64,000 nucleotides of DNA. Source: Dicyema japonicum. Its lineage: Eukaryota > Animalia > Dicyemida. The position numbers were made by a program, and so were the translations under genes. Where the stretch lies: contig RDEW01000055.1 in NCBI GenBank assembly GCA_011109175.1, forward strand, positions 201,516-265,515, in the 5' to 3' direction. Numbering within the stretch: the first letter of the stretch is position 1; every line of letters begins with the position of its first letter. Of this stretch, positions 1-11,593 are shown piece by piece. The notes below the pieces were generated by a model that was not told the DNA's origin, ran no database searches, and saw only the letters and a list, made by a program, of their open reading frames with translations.

Positions 1-563
1 GCCGGAATAGGGTTCTCAATTTATTCACCTCCTAACATATTCCCATGGTGACCTCACTGTCACTTAAAATTTTACCGACGCTGATTCAGTATTTGTCGTT
101 ATGTCACTTTACAAGAATATTCTGGAAAACAGTTTATCCGCTTCTCATCAATTGTCTTGGTTTCCACTGGCCAACACTACAATAACCAAGTAAAGTTCAT
201 GTGGAAAAGCTTCCTCAAAACTTTACTGTATGATGTCCATTGTTGATCTACCACCTCTGAGAGCTCTGCAAATTCAACTATTGGTTGTATTCTGTTTGGA
301 ACTTTTCAGCTCATGGAGACCTATACGACAGAAGAATCTCAGAAACAAGCCACATATCGGAATAATTATCAGTTAAAGCTTATTGTAACAGTTCTTTGAG
401 AAAATTAACAATGAATACTTTCGAATTATTCAAGAATCCGGATTCACAACTGACGTTGCGTTTGATTCAAATTTGATATTCAGTCTTGTAACATTGATTC
501 TTTCCAAAGTAAAAACAATAATGTTAATTAATACAAGGCATATTACTTTGACGGTGTTCTTGA

Positions 564-740
564 CTTTTCGTTTTTTTTGTTTGTGTGTGAGTTTCAAAAG
601 ACAACCGCAGAAATACTGATTACGACATTACTGGTCAACCCCGAGCATTATAAATGATCCTTCAACCGACAGGACAGCAGCATGATTAGAACCAGGTCCT
701 CATGAATTGGCCCAGAACTCATTACGCTGCCCAACCCGTT
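564..740 (-). mobile_element. tRNA-derived SINE, degenerate copy (same family as 62697-62886)
   Basis: Minus strand has a B-box-like GGTTCTAATC and a body (gaaggatc..atgct..ggggttgaccagtaatgtcgtaatcagt..ctgcgg..ttgtct) ending in cacacacaaacaaaaaaa, all collinear with 62697-62886. Confidence 0.55.
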
Positions 741-744
741 ATTT

Positions 745-1700
745 GTTACTTTTAAATCATTAAAAATCGACACAACAAGATTTTCAAATTTAACGAATTG
801 TATCATATATAAAACTCATAATATAGTCTCGCAGCCATGTTCGGAAAATGTTGTGCATTTTAAATTTTTAAAGCAAAAATGTCAAAATGCGGATATTTAT
901 CCATGGTATTTAACACAGGGACAATTTGGTGACGACAATTTATCAGTTGAACTGTATGACACTATAAATTTTTAATAAGAATAATTTATATCATAAAACG
1001 AAATAGCATATGAGATATTTTTTCATGAATATTGTATTGAAATAGGAGAAAATAAAAATATGATGCGAAAAAGAGATTTAGCTGAGTGTATATAAAGGAG
1101 ACATCACAATAGCTTTTACTAAGAGAATTTATTTCAAGACGCTACTTGAATTTCTACTTATTTTATAATGAGAGTATTTCTACGTGTCAATACAGATTAA
1201 TGATGCCAAATAGATTTTTAAATCTCATTTAACATTAATATAAAAATCACAATTTCGATAATTTTTAATTTTTGGACAAATCCACGGCTGTAGGTCCTCA
1301 TGATTTGAATATAAGATGATCCTACTTGGGTTTACATATAAGAAATTGCCTTATGTAAAAAATGATTAAACAACGCGAAAGTGATAAAAGTAACAATATT
1401 TACAAAATTCTCAATGTATAATTTTTAAAGATTTTGTCACTCGTTATACACAAGTATTTTGTGATAATTTTGGTTATCATTTTTTACAGAGGACCTAGAA
1501 GATCTACAGTTGTCGTAAAGCAAAGATCTTAAATCGTGTAGCATGAACGGCACCTTAGTCAATATAACATTATTTGGTTGTGTGAACGTGCGTTTAAATA
1601 TTAATTTTAAAGTAATAATATAAACCAACGTCTCTCAATGGGCTTCCACAAATTTTAAGCTAAAAAACTCTAAATAAGATAATTATAGTTTTATTATCGG
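745..1700 (+). repeat. Degenerate dispersed repeat, probably a DNA-transposon remnant
   Basis: 745-960 and about 1360-1435 align, diverged, with the reverse complement of 13107-13480. 1434-1700 is near-identical to the reverse complement of about 11330-11590. Confidence 0.5.
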
Positions 1701-1734
1701 ATGGTGAACAAACATCAAACAATGCCGATATGAA

Positions 1735-1940
1735 GAATTTTTCGGTCATACTGTTTCTCCTGCATTTAGAGGACGTTCAAGAAGTTGCTTTTTATAGACA
1801 CTTGCGGAAGATTACGCAGTGATCTGGGGCAACTGATGGATGCAGAAGATCTGGATGAAATCAAGAAACGAGCACGAAAGCGAAAAGGATGGAGAAGATT
1901 AACGGAAAGGATAATCGAAAAACATGGCAAAAAATAGCAA
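1735..1940 (+). mobile_element. RTE-clade LINE 3' remnant (duplicated at about 11090-11300, minus strand)
   Basis: Decayed FFGH..FRGRSR..DAEDLDEIKKRARKRKGWRRL, matching the C-terminus of the RTE ORF at 54346-55563. Confidence 0.65.
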
Positions 1941-1999
1941 AATAAATTTATTGTTATTATTATTAGTAAAATTATTAGATAATTAGTAAGAGAAGTAAT

Positions 2000-2910
2000 C
2001 TAATTAAGATCCTAAATTATATATAACTAATAGTACCAAGAAAAGAAGAAAGGTCATTGATTAGTTGGAGGGTAATAAAAAACAAATAGAAAATCCAGAA
2101 ATTAACTCCATTCGACTCATTGGAGGTTGTCCCTTCATTATCGGGAGCACTATCATAAACAGCGACAAAAATTAAAAAAAGTCATTACCTGTTTCAAAGC
2201 ACCACCATGTGTTTTCTAGTTTATGCCCAGTGTCGATTGTTAATTTTGATACATGTCTAAAAATTATTAAAATTATACGCGTTGTCATGAAAAGTAGGAT
2301 TCATTAAACAATTTTTATTACAATTACTCTGAGTGAAGCCGACGTGATTAAACCCAAGCACGTGGAATAACTCATGAGACATAACCTCTGAAGTCTTTTC
2401 ATCGGTGAATTTTTTCATAACAATTCCTACCGCGTTTTTGTGCAAACAGTTCCTATCAATGCGATCCCATTATAACTCCACCAGAAGTTGATTTTAAATT
2501 ACCATTTCTGAAAGTTAGTTTGAATAATTACTCAAAAAATAAAACTGCGTCAACCCCATTAAATAGTTTTTATTATTGCGTATGCAACTGCTTTGTAAAA
2601 TCGTTTGGGGTAACATCGTTTGTGTAATAAATTTTTTTAAATATAATTCTATTTTGAGTGTGCCAAAATACTGAAATATGAGTAATTGCATACTTTTTGA
2701 GACAACCTGAACATCTTAATTATGTAATTCTCTATATTGGCATGATTAAAGCCGAATGTTCTTTGCTATTATAAAATATTAAATGAAACAAAGTTGTAGT
2801 CAATAACAATGCCGATATCGAATTCTTTTGTTAAGAACCTGTTATCTAAAACTGTTTAAAAAGAAACTACCCACAAAAGCACAAAACAATGAAAAAAACA
2901 GAAAATTCAT
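2000..2910 (-). CDS. Small secreted-type metzincin metalloprotease (M12B/reprolysin-like), paralog 1, multi-exon with 22-26 nt introns
   Basis: Start MNFLFFSLFCAFV (signal-like), HELFHVLGFNH zinc motif, CLMNP Met-turn; same exon structure as the other copies; homopolymer indels. Ends at 2172 if intron 6 is retained. Confidence 0.85.
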
Positions 2911-5099
2911 TTATCAAAATGGCCAAAAAATCGTTTATAAATTTGCTTATATGCTTAAGTTAATTAGTAATTATTTTTGAAGCGTGTAATATGACTATGA
3001 GAAATTTGGTTTAATTAAACTTTTTAATTGATTCTAAAGTTTTGTGCTTAATATAAAGCTTATTTTTAAGACTTTTTAAATTTATTATTGATAAAAAACT
3101 TGTTTATTCAACTAACACTTTGAATATCGAAAAAGAACTATTCACACTTAATAGTTTTTTTCATTTGTCTTTATTTTTTACTACTCATTCTATTATCATC
3201 TTGCTCTATGGACATACAAAAGGATTCGCAGGATGTAAGTGAAGTGACAGACTCTTAAAAACACTTGCACAGTTGCTTAAACATATATTATGTTTGCGAC
3301 TTTAGTTGTTCTGTAAGGGTTTGAATCTTTGAAACACATTCTCTTATTTTTTATTGTTTATTCAGTCAACAAAGTTAATTAATCAAAAAATTGAGAATAT
3401 TTTACGATTACTAGTCATCCGTGTTTAATTTACTTCAATAAAAATAATTTTTATGAATTTAATGAATTCTGAAGGTTTCTCCATATTTAAAAGAATTAAT
3501 GCAATTATATACTTTGACCATCAAAGTACTTTGCATTAATTGGCCAACAAGAGGACGACCTAATTCACTTTTAAAAATAATTTTAATAATTTAAATGATT
3601 TATGAAATAATTGATCTCATATTTAAAGGAATTAAGCCAACATTAAAAGAATATAAACAAAGATTAATAACAACTTTTGGAATTTGATATGCGGTCTGAC
3701 TAATTAACCAGCAGTTTAATTGGTCATAAAGGTAAATTAACAAAAATATATATTTCACTAAACTTTCTGATCCTCTTCATAAAATATAAACTTATAATAC
3801 CTTACATTCGTGTTTACCTTCAATCTATTTTTCAAATATATCATATACAGTAATCAGAGTCGAGTTTTGTCCTTAACACTATATTAAGGACAAATCTTAT
3901 ATTAAATACAACAAATTGATCATTACCACTCTCTGAAACTACCTTATATTCTCTATTTGTTTCCTTACTAAAGAAACGTGCTATTACATTGGGTTTCACG
4001 TGATATGAACAGAAACTCGTCTTTTAATAAAATCTCCTAAATTTTGCATTAATATTTTATTCAAAATTTCAATTTATAAACGTGTTCCCTAACGTATGAA
4101 TCTTAACACTTTTTTTCTAACTCTATTTTTGCATAAAATTTTATTATAACAAAATATCAATATTTTAACGCATAATTGATTTTAATAATTTCATTTTAAC
4201 TTTACAAAGAATCACATTTCGACCTTCTTTTGGTGGGAGATTTCAATTTTTACCTATTATTATTGATTTACAACTTTAATTTAACTTTAAAAAGATCGAG
4301 AGCATATCTCGGTTGCTTTCTTCCAGAAAGACGTTTTCTATCTATTTTTCTCTCCTTTCTTGAACTCTTAACAAACTTTGGACGATGTCGTATTTCATTA
4401 GATCAATAGGGATTGAAATTCGTCTTGGGAATCCTTTTTTTACAAAACACAGGAAATCTCAGTTACCTCTAATATTTATTTTAAAGCAATCTCGATAGGA
4501 TTCGTTGAGGGAATCGCCATGCAGTCAAGGCGTTTACTCTATCACCCTCTGTCTTAAGCGTGCCAAAACTTTCTGCTGCCCGGGCGAGTGTATGATGTTT
4601 TCTTTAATTTAAAAATCGTTACTAAATAAAATTTTTTTAAAATGAAATTCAATTTATTAAGGAAAGAAAGTGAGCAAATGGTCTTATATTGCCCGCCCTG
4701 ACTGCGTAGCTATTCCCTTTCAGGATGACGAGCGAGAATTATGTTGTCACACATGTGAATGAATAAATAACGCGACATATTAGCTTTTTGTTAAAAGAAA
4801 TTATTAAAAATTATTGTAATCCTCAATTTGCAAATATCTAATAAGTACATAATTGATAAAATAAAAAAATTATAATTTATTATGATCAGAAAGTTAAATT
4901 GGTTAAAGCATTTTAGGTCAAACATCATTAATATCATTGACTAACAGACATACATACCTTCAGATCCAATGTCATCAGACTTTATGTTAAACCAGAAGGC
5001 CATTGCTTTATGAATTGCAACGACTTTTTATTTAAAAAAATAACTCACATATATTTTAAATATTCGCAATAATAATTGTAGTCCAAGATCACCGTAAGC

Positions 5100-5560
5100 A
5101 AAGGGATATCACTAAATTTAACACAGTCCGACATGCCTTGAGAAATATCAAAGATCACTAACAGGATTTTTCTTAAATGCTAATTTTTCCAATTGACTAG
5201 TTTAACATTTTATTTTCTAGTGTAAATATGGATGTGTTCTCTCCGTATCTGTCTGGACGTCTTAATCCCGTGATGTCAAAACGATGTCGTCTATATAAGC
5301 TAAGACAAAATCGTTTTCTCCCCTCGGTATCGGAATGCCAGCCAAGAATGAGTTGAAAAGTAATGAGGATAGTGGTGAACCCTGGAATTCATCATCAGGA
5401 AATAGCCAAAAGACTGATCGAATGTTTTCAAGGCAGACAAGTCAATAAGAAAGTTAGCCTACTAAGTTTAAAATTCCTAGGAATGTCAATCTGAAATATT
5501 TTCTGATCGAGATTCCTCGACAATAAAGTCGAGAGCTTAGCATTGTCTATTGCGCATAGA
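5100..5560 (-). mobile_element. Highly decayed Ingi/Vingi-like RT fragment
   Basis: Minus strand LAYIDDIVLTSRD matches LTYADDIVLASRD of 7688-8428. Confidence 0.55.
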
Positions 5561-5572
5561 ACGGTTTTCTGA

Positions 5573-5888
5573 TTAATTTAATTTATTAACCCCGGATACA
5601 CCGAGAAAGAAGTTAAAGTAAACAACTAATTAAGTGTATCCAGTTTCCACTTCACAGAGTCCATCCGGAATTAGCATAAAGGGTAAGACGTCCATTGTGG
5701 AAACCTCTCCAGTGGAGTGGGGAAGAGCAAATGATCCTTTTTCGTGCTGGCCTGGCACTGGGCGTCACCTAAACAGGTGGATCACATGACGCCACTCTAA
5801 TAAAAAGAGAGAGGAGGAACAGATAAGAGCAGAAAACTTCAATCAATTAGCCACGCAGCACCACATGGCGCCACGCGAATATTCTAAC
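5573..5888 (-). mobile_element. Short non-autonomous Vingi-derived retroelement, copy A (5' pseudoknot plus LINE 3' tail)
   Basis: Ends tctttctcggtgtatccggggttaataaattaaatt, compared with the LINE tail tctttctcggtgttcccggggttattaaaataaat (about 46950-46990). Contains the LINE 5' motif at 5732-5793. Three more copies in the window. Confidence 0.8.
5732..5793 (-). ncRNA. Candidate pseudoknotted RNA element with HDV-like topology (best-paired copy)
   Basis: GGCGUCA-UG-UGAUCC-ACC-UGUUUA-GGU-GACGCC-CA-GUGC-CAGGCCA-GCAC-GAAAAA-GGAUCA; helices covary with 43998-44057. Confidence 0.55.
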
Positions 5889-6019
5889 AGGATTCATCTT
5901 TTGATGTCTGGGTTTGTTAAGAAACAAAAGTGAATTGAATGTTCATGAATTTGTTTTAATCTATTTTGTAATTATCACTTTCATGATAGCAAAAATATGA
6001 AAAACAGTTAACTTGCTTC

Positions 6020-6315
6020 AGGCTTTTCTGTTCTTAGCCAGATTTCTCAGTGTGTACAGGTCGTTACCAGATGTCAATGTTTTCTTCACGGCTTTCAGAT
6101 CGTTTTGTAAAACGACTGGGAGGGTTGTTCTTGGCCTTCCACAAACGCGTTTTACATGGGAAGAGTAGTAATCTTCCATGGTACTATTCGGGGGGATGTC
6201 GGGCCTAACCTCAGGTCGTGTCCAAAAAGTCTCCGACGAGAGCTAATGATCTGAGACTTATTGGTGTACAGTCACACTTATTGTACAGTCCTTTCAACGA
6301 GATCTTGTATGGCCT
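6020..6315 (-). mobile_element. RTE-clade LINE 3' fragment
   Basis: Close match to 13950-14220 (PPNxxMEDYYSSHVKR..GxPRTTL). Confidence 0.8.
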
Positions 6316-6454
6316 TCTCGTTGCTCCCTTTTTTCTGAGTTGGACTAACGGCTCCTGATGAGTTAAATTACATAAAAATGTATTAAAACTGTTTACTTAA
6401 GTTATAGATGCCATTTTTTGCCATTTTTCCTCTTTTGATTTTAAATGCCATAAT

Positions 6455-6575
6455 TCGTTTTATTTTTTTGTTTAATAATCCAAGACCATTATCACGTGAT
6501 CCAGATGCATTTTAACAGCGACCTCATCTTTGCCTGGTGTTCTTTCCTCGGTCTGAGTATGAATGTATAGACTGA
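6455..6575 (-). mobile_element. 3' end of a second Vingi-like family
   Basis: Matches about 22110-22230 (ggcaaagatgaggtc..gttaaaatgcatc..tcacgtgataat..ggtcttgg plus an A-rich tail). Confidence 0.65.
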
Positions 6576-6820
6576 CTTGTTATCCACCTATCTCATCTAA
6601 CGCCCAGTTCCAGGCTGACACAAAAAAGATCATTTTATCTCCACCACTCCACTGGAGAAGTTTTCACAACTGAATGGACGTCTTTTACCTTTTATGCTGG
6701 TTCCAGATGCAATTTTTAAGTTGAGGACTTTGTTTCTGTAACAGAGGAAACTGGATACACTAAACTAGTTGTTTACTGTTAACTTTTCTATCGGTTTATC
6801 GAGGGTTAATAAAAAATAAA
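6576..6820 (+). mobile_element. Short non-autonomous Vingi-derived element, copy B (5'-truncated)
   Basis: Reverse-complement homolog of 5573-5790, including ccactccactggaga, ggaaactggatacac and the gggttaataaaaaataaa tail. Confidence 0.75.
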
Positions 6821-7048
6821 TGTCAGAAAAAAGATATTACAGAAAGGAGATGGCCCATTGAGTTGGGGTTTCAATTCCGAGAGACCGGACTTGACTAAAT
6901 TGAACTTTAGCAGCTTTTAAGTGTTTTTTGTTAAAAATAAAATAATTTTATTTAGCAAAGTTTACATCACTAATTTCGTGCAGTATAGAATTAGCTATTG
7001 AATCGTTCAAAGAAATTCTCGAGAAAGAGATAAATTTTCAGAAATATA

Positions 7049-7687
7049 ATGTTAAAAAAATGCTCAAAGATCATAGAAGAGATAAAACCTGTGCTTGATC
7101 AGCATCGTCTGGCTTGTCTGGCTTCTGCATCGACGAACGAGAGCGGAGCCTGGCTCAGAGCATTGCCATGCATCTCACTTGAGACACTATTAGATGACGA
7201 AGCGACGAGGATTGAGGTTTCCATCCGCCTCGGAATGGATGTTTGCACAATTTATCGGTGTAGATGTGAAGGAATGGTCGACGCGAAATGTCTTCACGCT
7301 CTTTCCTGACGGAGAAGTGTTGGAAGGAGTCCTAGACACGCCAAAATCAACGGAGTTACTGCTTGGGGACTTGAGGCTGCTGGATTTTCTGTCCAATTGG
7401 AGCCGCTTGGACTTGCTCAAGCAAACCGAAGACACGACGGAACCACTCTCTTCCACGGGAAAGCTGTAAATACCTTGCCTGGGACGCCACCTGAGTCAAT
7501 GGTTTCTCTTCATCCAACTTTACAACGACAGCAACTATTCCAGGCTATGCTTCGGAGAAGGCTGAGACCCTAAAGTTAAAGAAATACGCATGTCTGAGTG
7601 GACAGTTTATTTTCGAACCAGTGGCAGTGGAAACGTAAGAAATTATAAAAAGCAGGTCACTGATCCTGCTAAACAGATTCGGTTCGC
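7049..7687 (+). mobile_element. CRE-like non-LTR retrotransposon, C-terminal (zinc knuckle/REL endonuclease) fragment
   Basis: ESGAWLRALP..LDD..RLG..CRC..HALS, followed by a decayed region with WDAT and FIFEPVAVET. Confidence 0.8.
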
Positions 7688-8480
7688 TCATCGCGAAGTG
7701 GTGACAAACATAGTGTATCGTGTCACGCCCAGGATCTTCTGACATTTGGTGAAGGGGATTTCAATGTTGTCCAATTTTAACTTGGCAGTCATCTTCCTCA
7801 ACCTTTTGTCCGAAGTAAACATAGACGTGACCGACTTTCTGGAATTTATCATGAGTCGTTTCTTCATTACCCAGGCGTTGAGTCGGTCCAGGTTAATTTG
7901 TAATCTTTCTGTAGCATTTTGGATATCCCGATCACGCGAGGCCAAAACAATGTCGTCTGCATATGTGAGTAGAACATCGTTATTGGATTCCGACGACGGG
8001 AGGTCTGCCAGGTATAAATTGAATAAGGCGGGGGATAAAGGAGATCCTTGGGGGACACCGTTTGGGAGAAGACGCGAGACTGATTTCAGTCCTCCGAGGC
8101 ATACATGTCCCCTTCGTCCACTTAAGAAATTTGTTATCCAAAGTTTAAGCTTCCCCATGATCTCGGACTGAAAAATTTTCTTTGATAATATTTTTCTCAA
8201 AATAGAATCAAAGGCCTTGTTAATATCAATGGAACATAAGACTGTCTTTAAATGCCTTGGCTTGTTTGAAAAACCATCTCTAATGAAGTTGGTTAATTTC
8301 TGTAGGTACGTAGATGTAGAACAATCGTTCTTGAATCCGTGTTGAAAATCCTTTTCTGGTAAGAAAGCCTTGATTCTCCCAAGCACAAGCCTTTCCAGGA
8401 TTTTCGATATGGAACATAACAATGACACAGGTCTAAATGATGCTGGATCTTCCTTAGGTTTTCCAGGTTTCAGTTTAGGT
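7688..8480 (-). mobile_element. Ingi/Vingi-like LINE reverse transcriptase fragment
   Basis: 246-aa ORF with QHGF, DINKAFD, GVPQGSPLSP and YADD; related to the RT of 43976-46998. Confidence 0.9.
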
Positions 8481-8644
8481 GGGATGTTGGCTTGCTAACA
8501 TAACAATGGTATTACATTACAATATATAAAATGACAACCTCTCCATTTTCAGCATCAATAGTTTCCTAGTCGATATCTTCACAAAGAATTCCCGTCAGGG
8601 ATTTATGTTTGAGTTATTTTTTTCTTCATTAACAGTTCTTCATT

Positions 8645-8912
8645 AACAACACTAGTTAAATGTATCCAGTTTCCACTTCTACAGAAACAGAGTCCATCCA
8701 GAATTAACATAAAGAGTAAAAGACGTCCATACTGCAGTTGTAGAAACCTCTCTAGTGGAGTGGGAGAGTAAATGATTTTTTCATCCCAGCCAGGCACTGG
8801 ATGCCACTTAGACGTTGATCACATGACGCCACTCTAATAGGAAAGATAATTAAACAGAAAACTTCAAACAATTAGCCAAGCAGCACCACAATGCGCCACG
8901 GGGAGATATTTT
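8645..8912 (-). mobile_element. Short non-autonomous Vingi-derived element, copy C
   Basis: Collinear with 5630-5888 (gtatccagtttccactt..gatcacatgacgccactctaata..attagcca.gcagcaccaca); abuts the start of cassette copy 2. Confidence 0.8.
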
Positions 8913-8914
8913 CT

Positions 8915-11590
8915 AAATTGAATGAAATATTAATGCAAAATTTAGGAGATTTTATTAAAAGACGAGTTTCTGTTCATATCACGTGAAACCCAATGTAATA
9001 GCACGTTTCTTTAGTAAGGAAACAAATAGAGAATATAAGGTAGTTTCAGAGAGAGGTAATGATCAATTTGTTGTATTTAATATAATATTTGAGCTTAACA
9101 CTATATTAAGGACAAAACTCGACTCTGATTACTGTATATGATATATTTGAAAAATATATTGAAGGTAAACTCGAATTTAGGGTATTATAAGTTTATATTT
9201 TATGAAGAGGAACAGAAATATTATTGAAATATATATTTTTGTTAATTTACCTTTATGACCAATTAAACTGCTGGTTAATTAGTCAGACCGCATATCAAAT
9301 TCCAAAAGTTGAAATTAATCTTTGTTTATATTTTTTTAATGTTGGCTTAATTCCTTTAAATATGAGATCAACTATTTCATAAATCATTTAAATCATTAAT
9401 AATTATTTTAAAAAGTGACTCAGGTCGTCCTCTTGTTGGCCAATTATATACAAAGTACTTTGATGGTCAAAGTATATAATTGCATTAATTCTTTTAAATA
9501 TGGAGAAACCTTCAGAATTCATTAAATTCATAAAAATTATTTTTATTGTAGTAAATTAAACACGGATGACTAGTAATCGTAAAATATTCTCAATTTTTTG
9601 ATTAATTAACTTTGTTGACTGAATAAACAATAAAAAAATAAGAGAATGTGTTTCAAAGATTCAAACCCCTTACAGAACAACTAAGTCGCAAACATAATAT
9701 ATGTTTAAGCAACTGTGCAAGTGTTTTTAAGAGTCTGTCACTTCACTTACATCCTGCGAATCCTCTTGTATGTCCATAGAGCAAGATGATAATAGAATGA
9801 GTAGTAAAAAATAAAGACAAATGAAAAAAACTATTAAATGTGAATAGCAAAGACAAATGAAAAAAAATCTATTAAGTGTGAATAGTTCTTTTTCGATATT
9901 CAAAGTGTTAGTTGAATAAACAAGTTTTTTATCAATAATAAATTTTAAAATGTCTTAAAAATAAGCCTTATATTAAGCACAAAACTTTAGAATCAATTAA
10001 AAGTTTAATTTAACCAAATTTCTCATAGTCATATTACACGCTTCAAAAATAATTACTAATTAACTTAAGCATATAAGCGAATTTGTAAACGATTTTTTGC
10101 AATTTTGATAAATGAATTTTCTGTTTTTTTCATTGTTTTGTGCTTTTGTCGGTAATTTTTTTAAACACTTTTAGATAACAGGTTCTTAACAAAAGAATTC
10201 GATATCGGCATTGTTATTGACTACAACTTTGTTTCATTTAATATTTTATAATAGCAAAGAACATTCGGCTTTAATCATGCCAATATAGAGAATTACATAA
10301 TTAAGATGTTCAGGTTGTCTCAAAAAGTATGCAATTACTCATATTTCAGTTTTTGGCACACTCAAAATAGAATTAAAATTTAAAAAAATTTATTACACAA
10401 ACGATATTACCCAAACGATCCTTTCAAGGCAGCTTCATACGCACATAATAAACATTATTTTAATGGGGTCGACGCAGTTTTATTTTTGAGTAATTATTCA
10501 ATCTAACTTTTAGAAATGGTAATTTAAAATCAACTTCTAGTGGATTATTAATGGGAATCGCATTGATAGGAACTGTTTGCACAAATAACGCGGTAGGAAT
10601 AGTAATGAAAAAATTCACCGATGAAAAGACTTCAGAGGTTATGTCTCATGAGTTATTCCACGTGCTTGGGTTTAATCACGTCGGCTTTACTCAGAGTAAT
10701 TGTAATAATAATTGTTTAATGAATCCTAGTATTAATTACAATGAGTATAAATTTAATAATTTTTAGACATGTATTCAAAATTAACAATCGACACTGGGCA
10801 TAGACTAGAAAACACATGGTGGTGCCTTGAAACAGGTAATGACTTTTTTTAATTTTTGTCGCTGTTTATAATAGTGCTCCCGATAATGAAGGGACAACCT
10901 CCAATGAGTCGAATGGAGTTAATTTCTGGATTTTCTATTTGTTTTTTATTACCCTCCAACTAATCAATGACCTTTTTTCTTTTCATGGTACTATTAGTTA
11001 TATATAATTTAGGATCTTAATTAGATTACTTCTCTTACTAATTATCTAATAATTTTACTAATAATAATAACAATAAATTTATTTTGCTATTTTTTGCCAT
11101 GTTTTTCGATTATCCTTTCCGTTAATCTTCTCCATCCTTTTCGCTTTCGTGCTCGTTTCTTGATTTCATCCAGATCTTCTGCATCCATCAGTTGCCCCAG
11201 ATCACTGCGTAATCTTCCGCAAGTGTCTATAAAAAGCAACTTCTTGAACGTCCTCTAAATGCAGGAGATACAGTATGACCGAAAAATTTTTCCATATCGG
11301 CATTGTATGATGTCTGTTCACCATCCGATAATAAAACATAATTATCTTATTTAGAGTTTTTTAGCTTAAAATTCGTGGAGGCCCATTGAGAGACGTTGGT
11401 TTATATTATTACTTTAAAATTAATATTTAAACGCACGTTCACACAACCTAAATAATGTTATATTGACTAAGGTGCCGTTCATGCTACACGATTTAAGATC
11501 TTTGCTTTACGACAACTGTAGATCTTCTAGGTCCTCTGTAAAAAATGATAACCAAAATTATCACAAAATACTTGTGTATAACGAGTGACA
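8915..11590 (+). repeat. Protease cassette segmental duplication, copy 2 (inverted relative to copy 1)
   Basis: Near-identical reverse complement of about 1434-4080. Confidence 0.92.
10112..11024 (+). CDS. Small secreted-type metzincin metalloprotease, paralog 2
   Basis: ATG at 10112; five GT-AG introns of 22-24 nt join MNFLFFSLFCAFV / DNRFLTKEFDIGIVIDYNF / QRTFGF..SQK / ..GVDAVLF / ..HELFHVLGFNH..CLMNP / ..WWCLET. Stops at 10852 if intron 6 is retained. Confidence 0.88.
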
Positions 11591-11593
11591 ATA

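Larger units (their letters stand above)
1434..4690 (-). repeat. Protease cassette segmental duplication, copy 1
   Basis: Near-identical reverse complement of 8915-11590 and 17400-20300; diverged homolog at about 53130-58470. Confidence 0.92.

Noticed and set aside
1-520. Moderately GC-rich stretch that might be coding
   Set aside because: No recognisable motif or consistent spliced frame was found on either strand.
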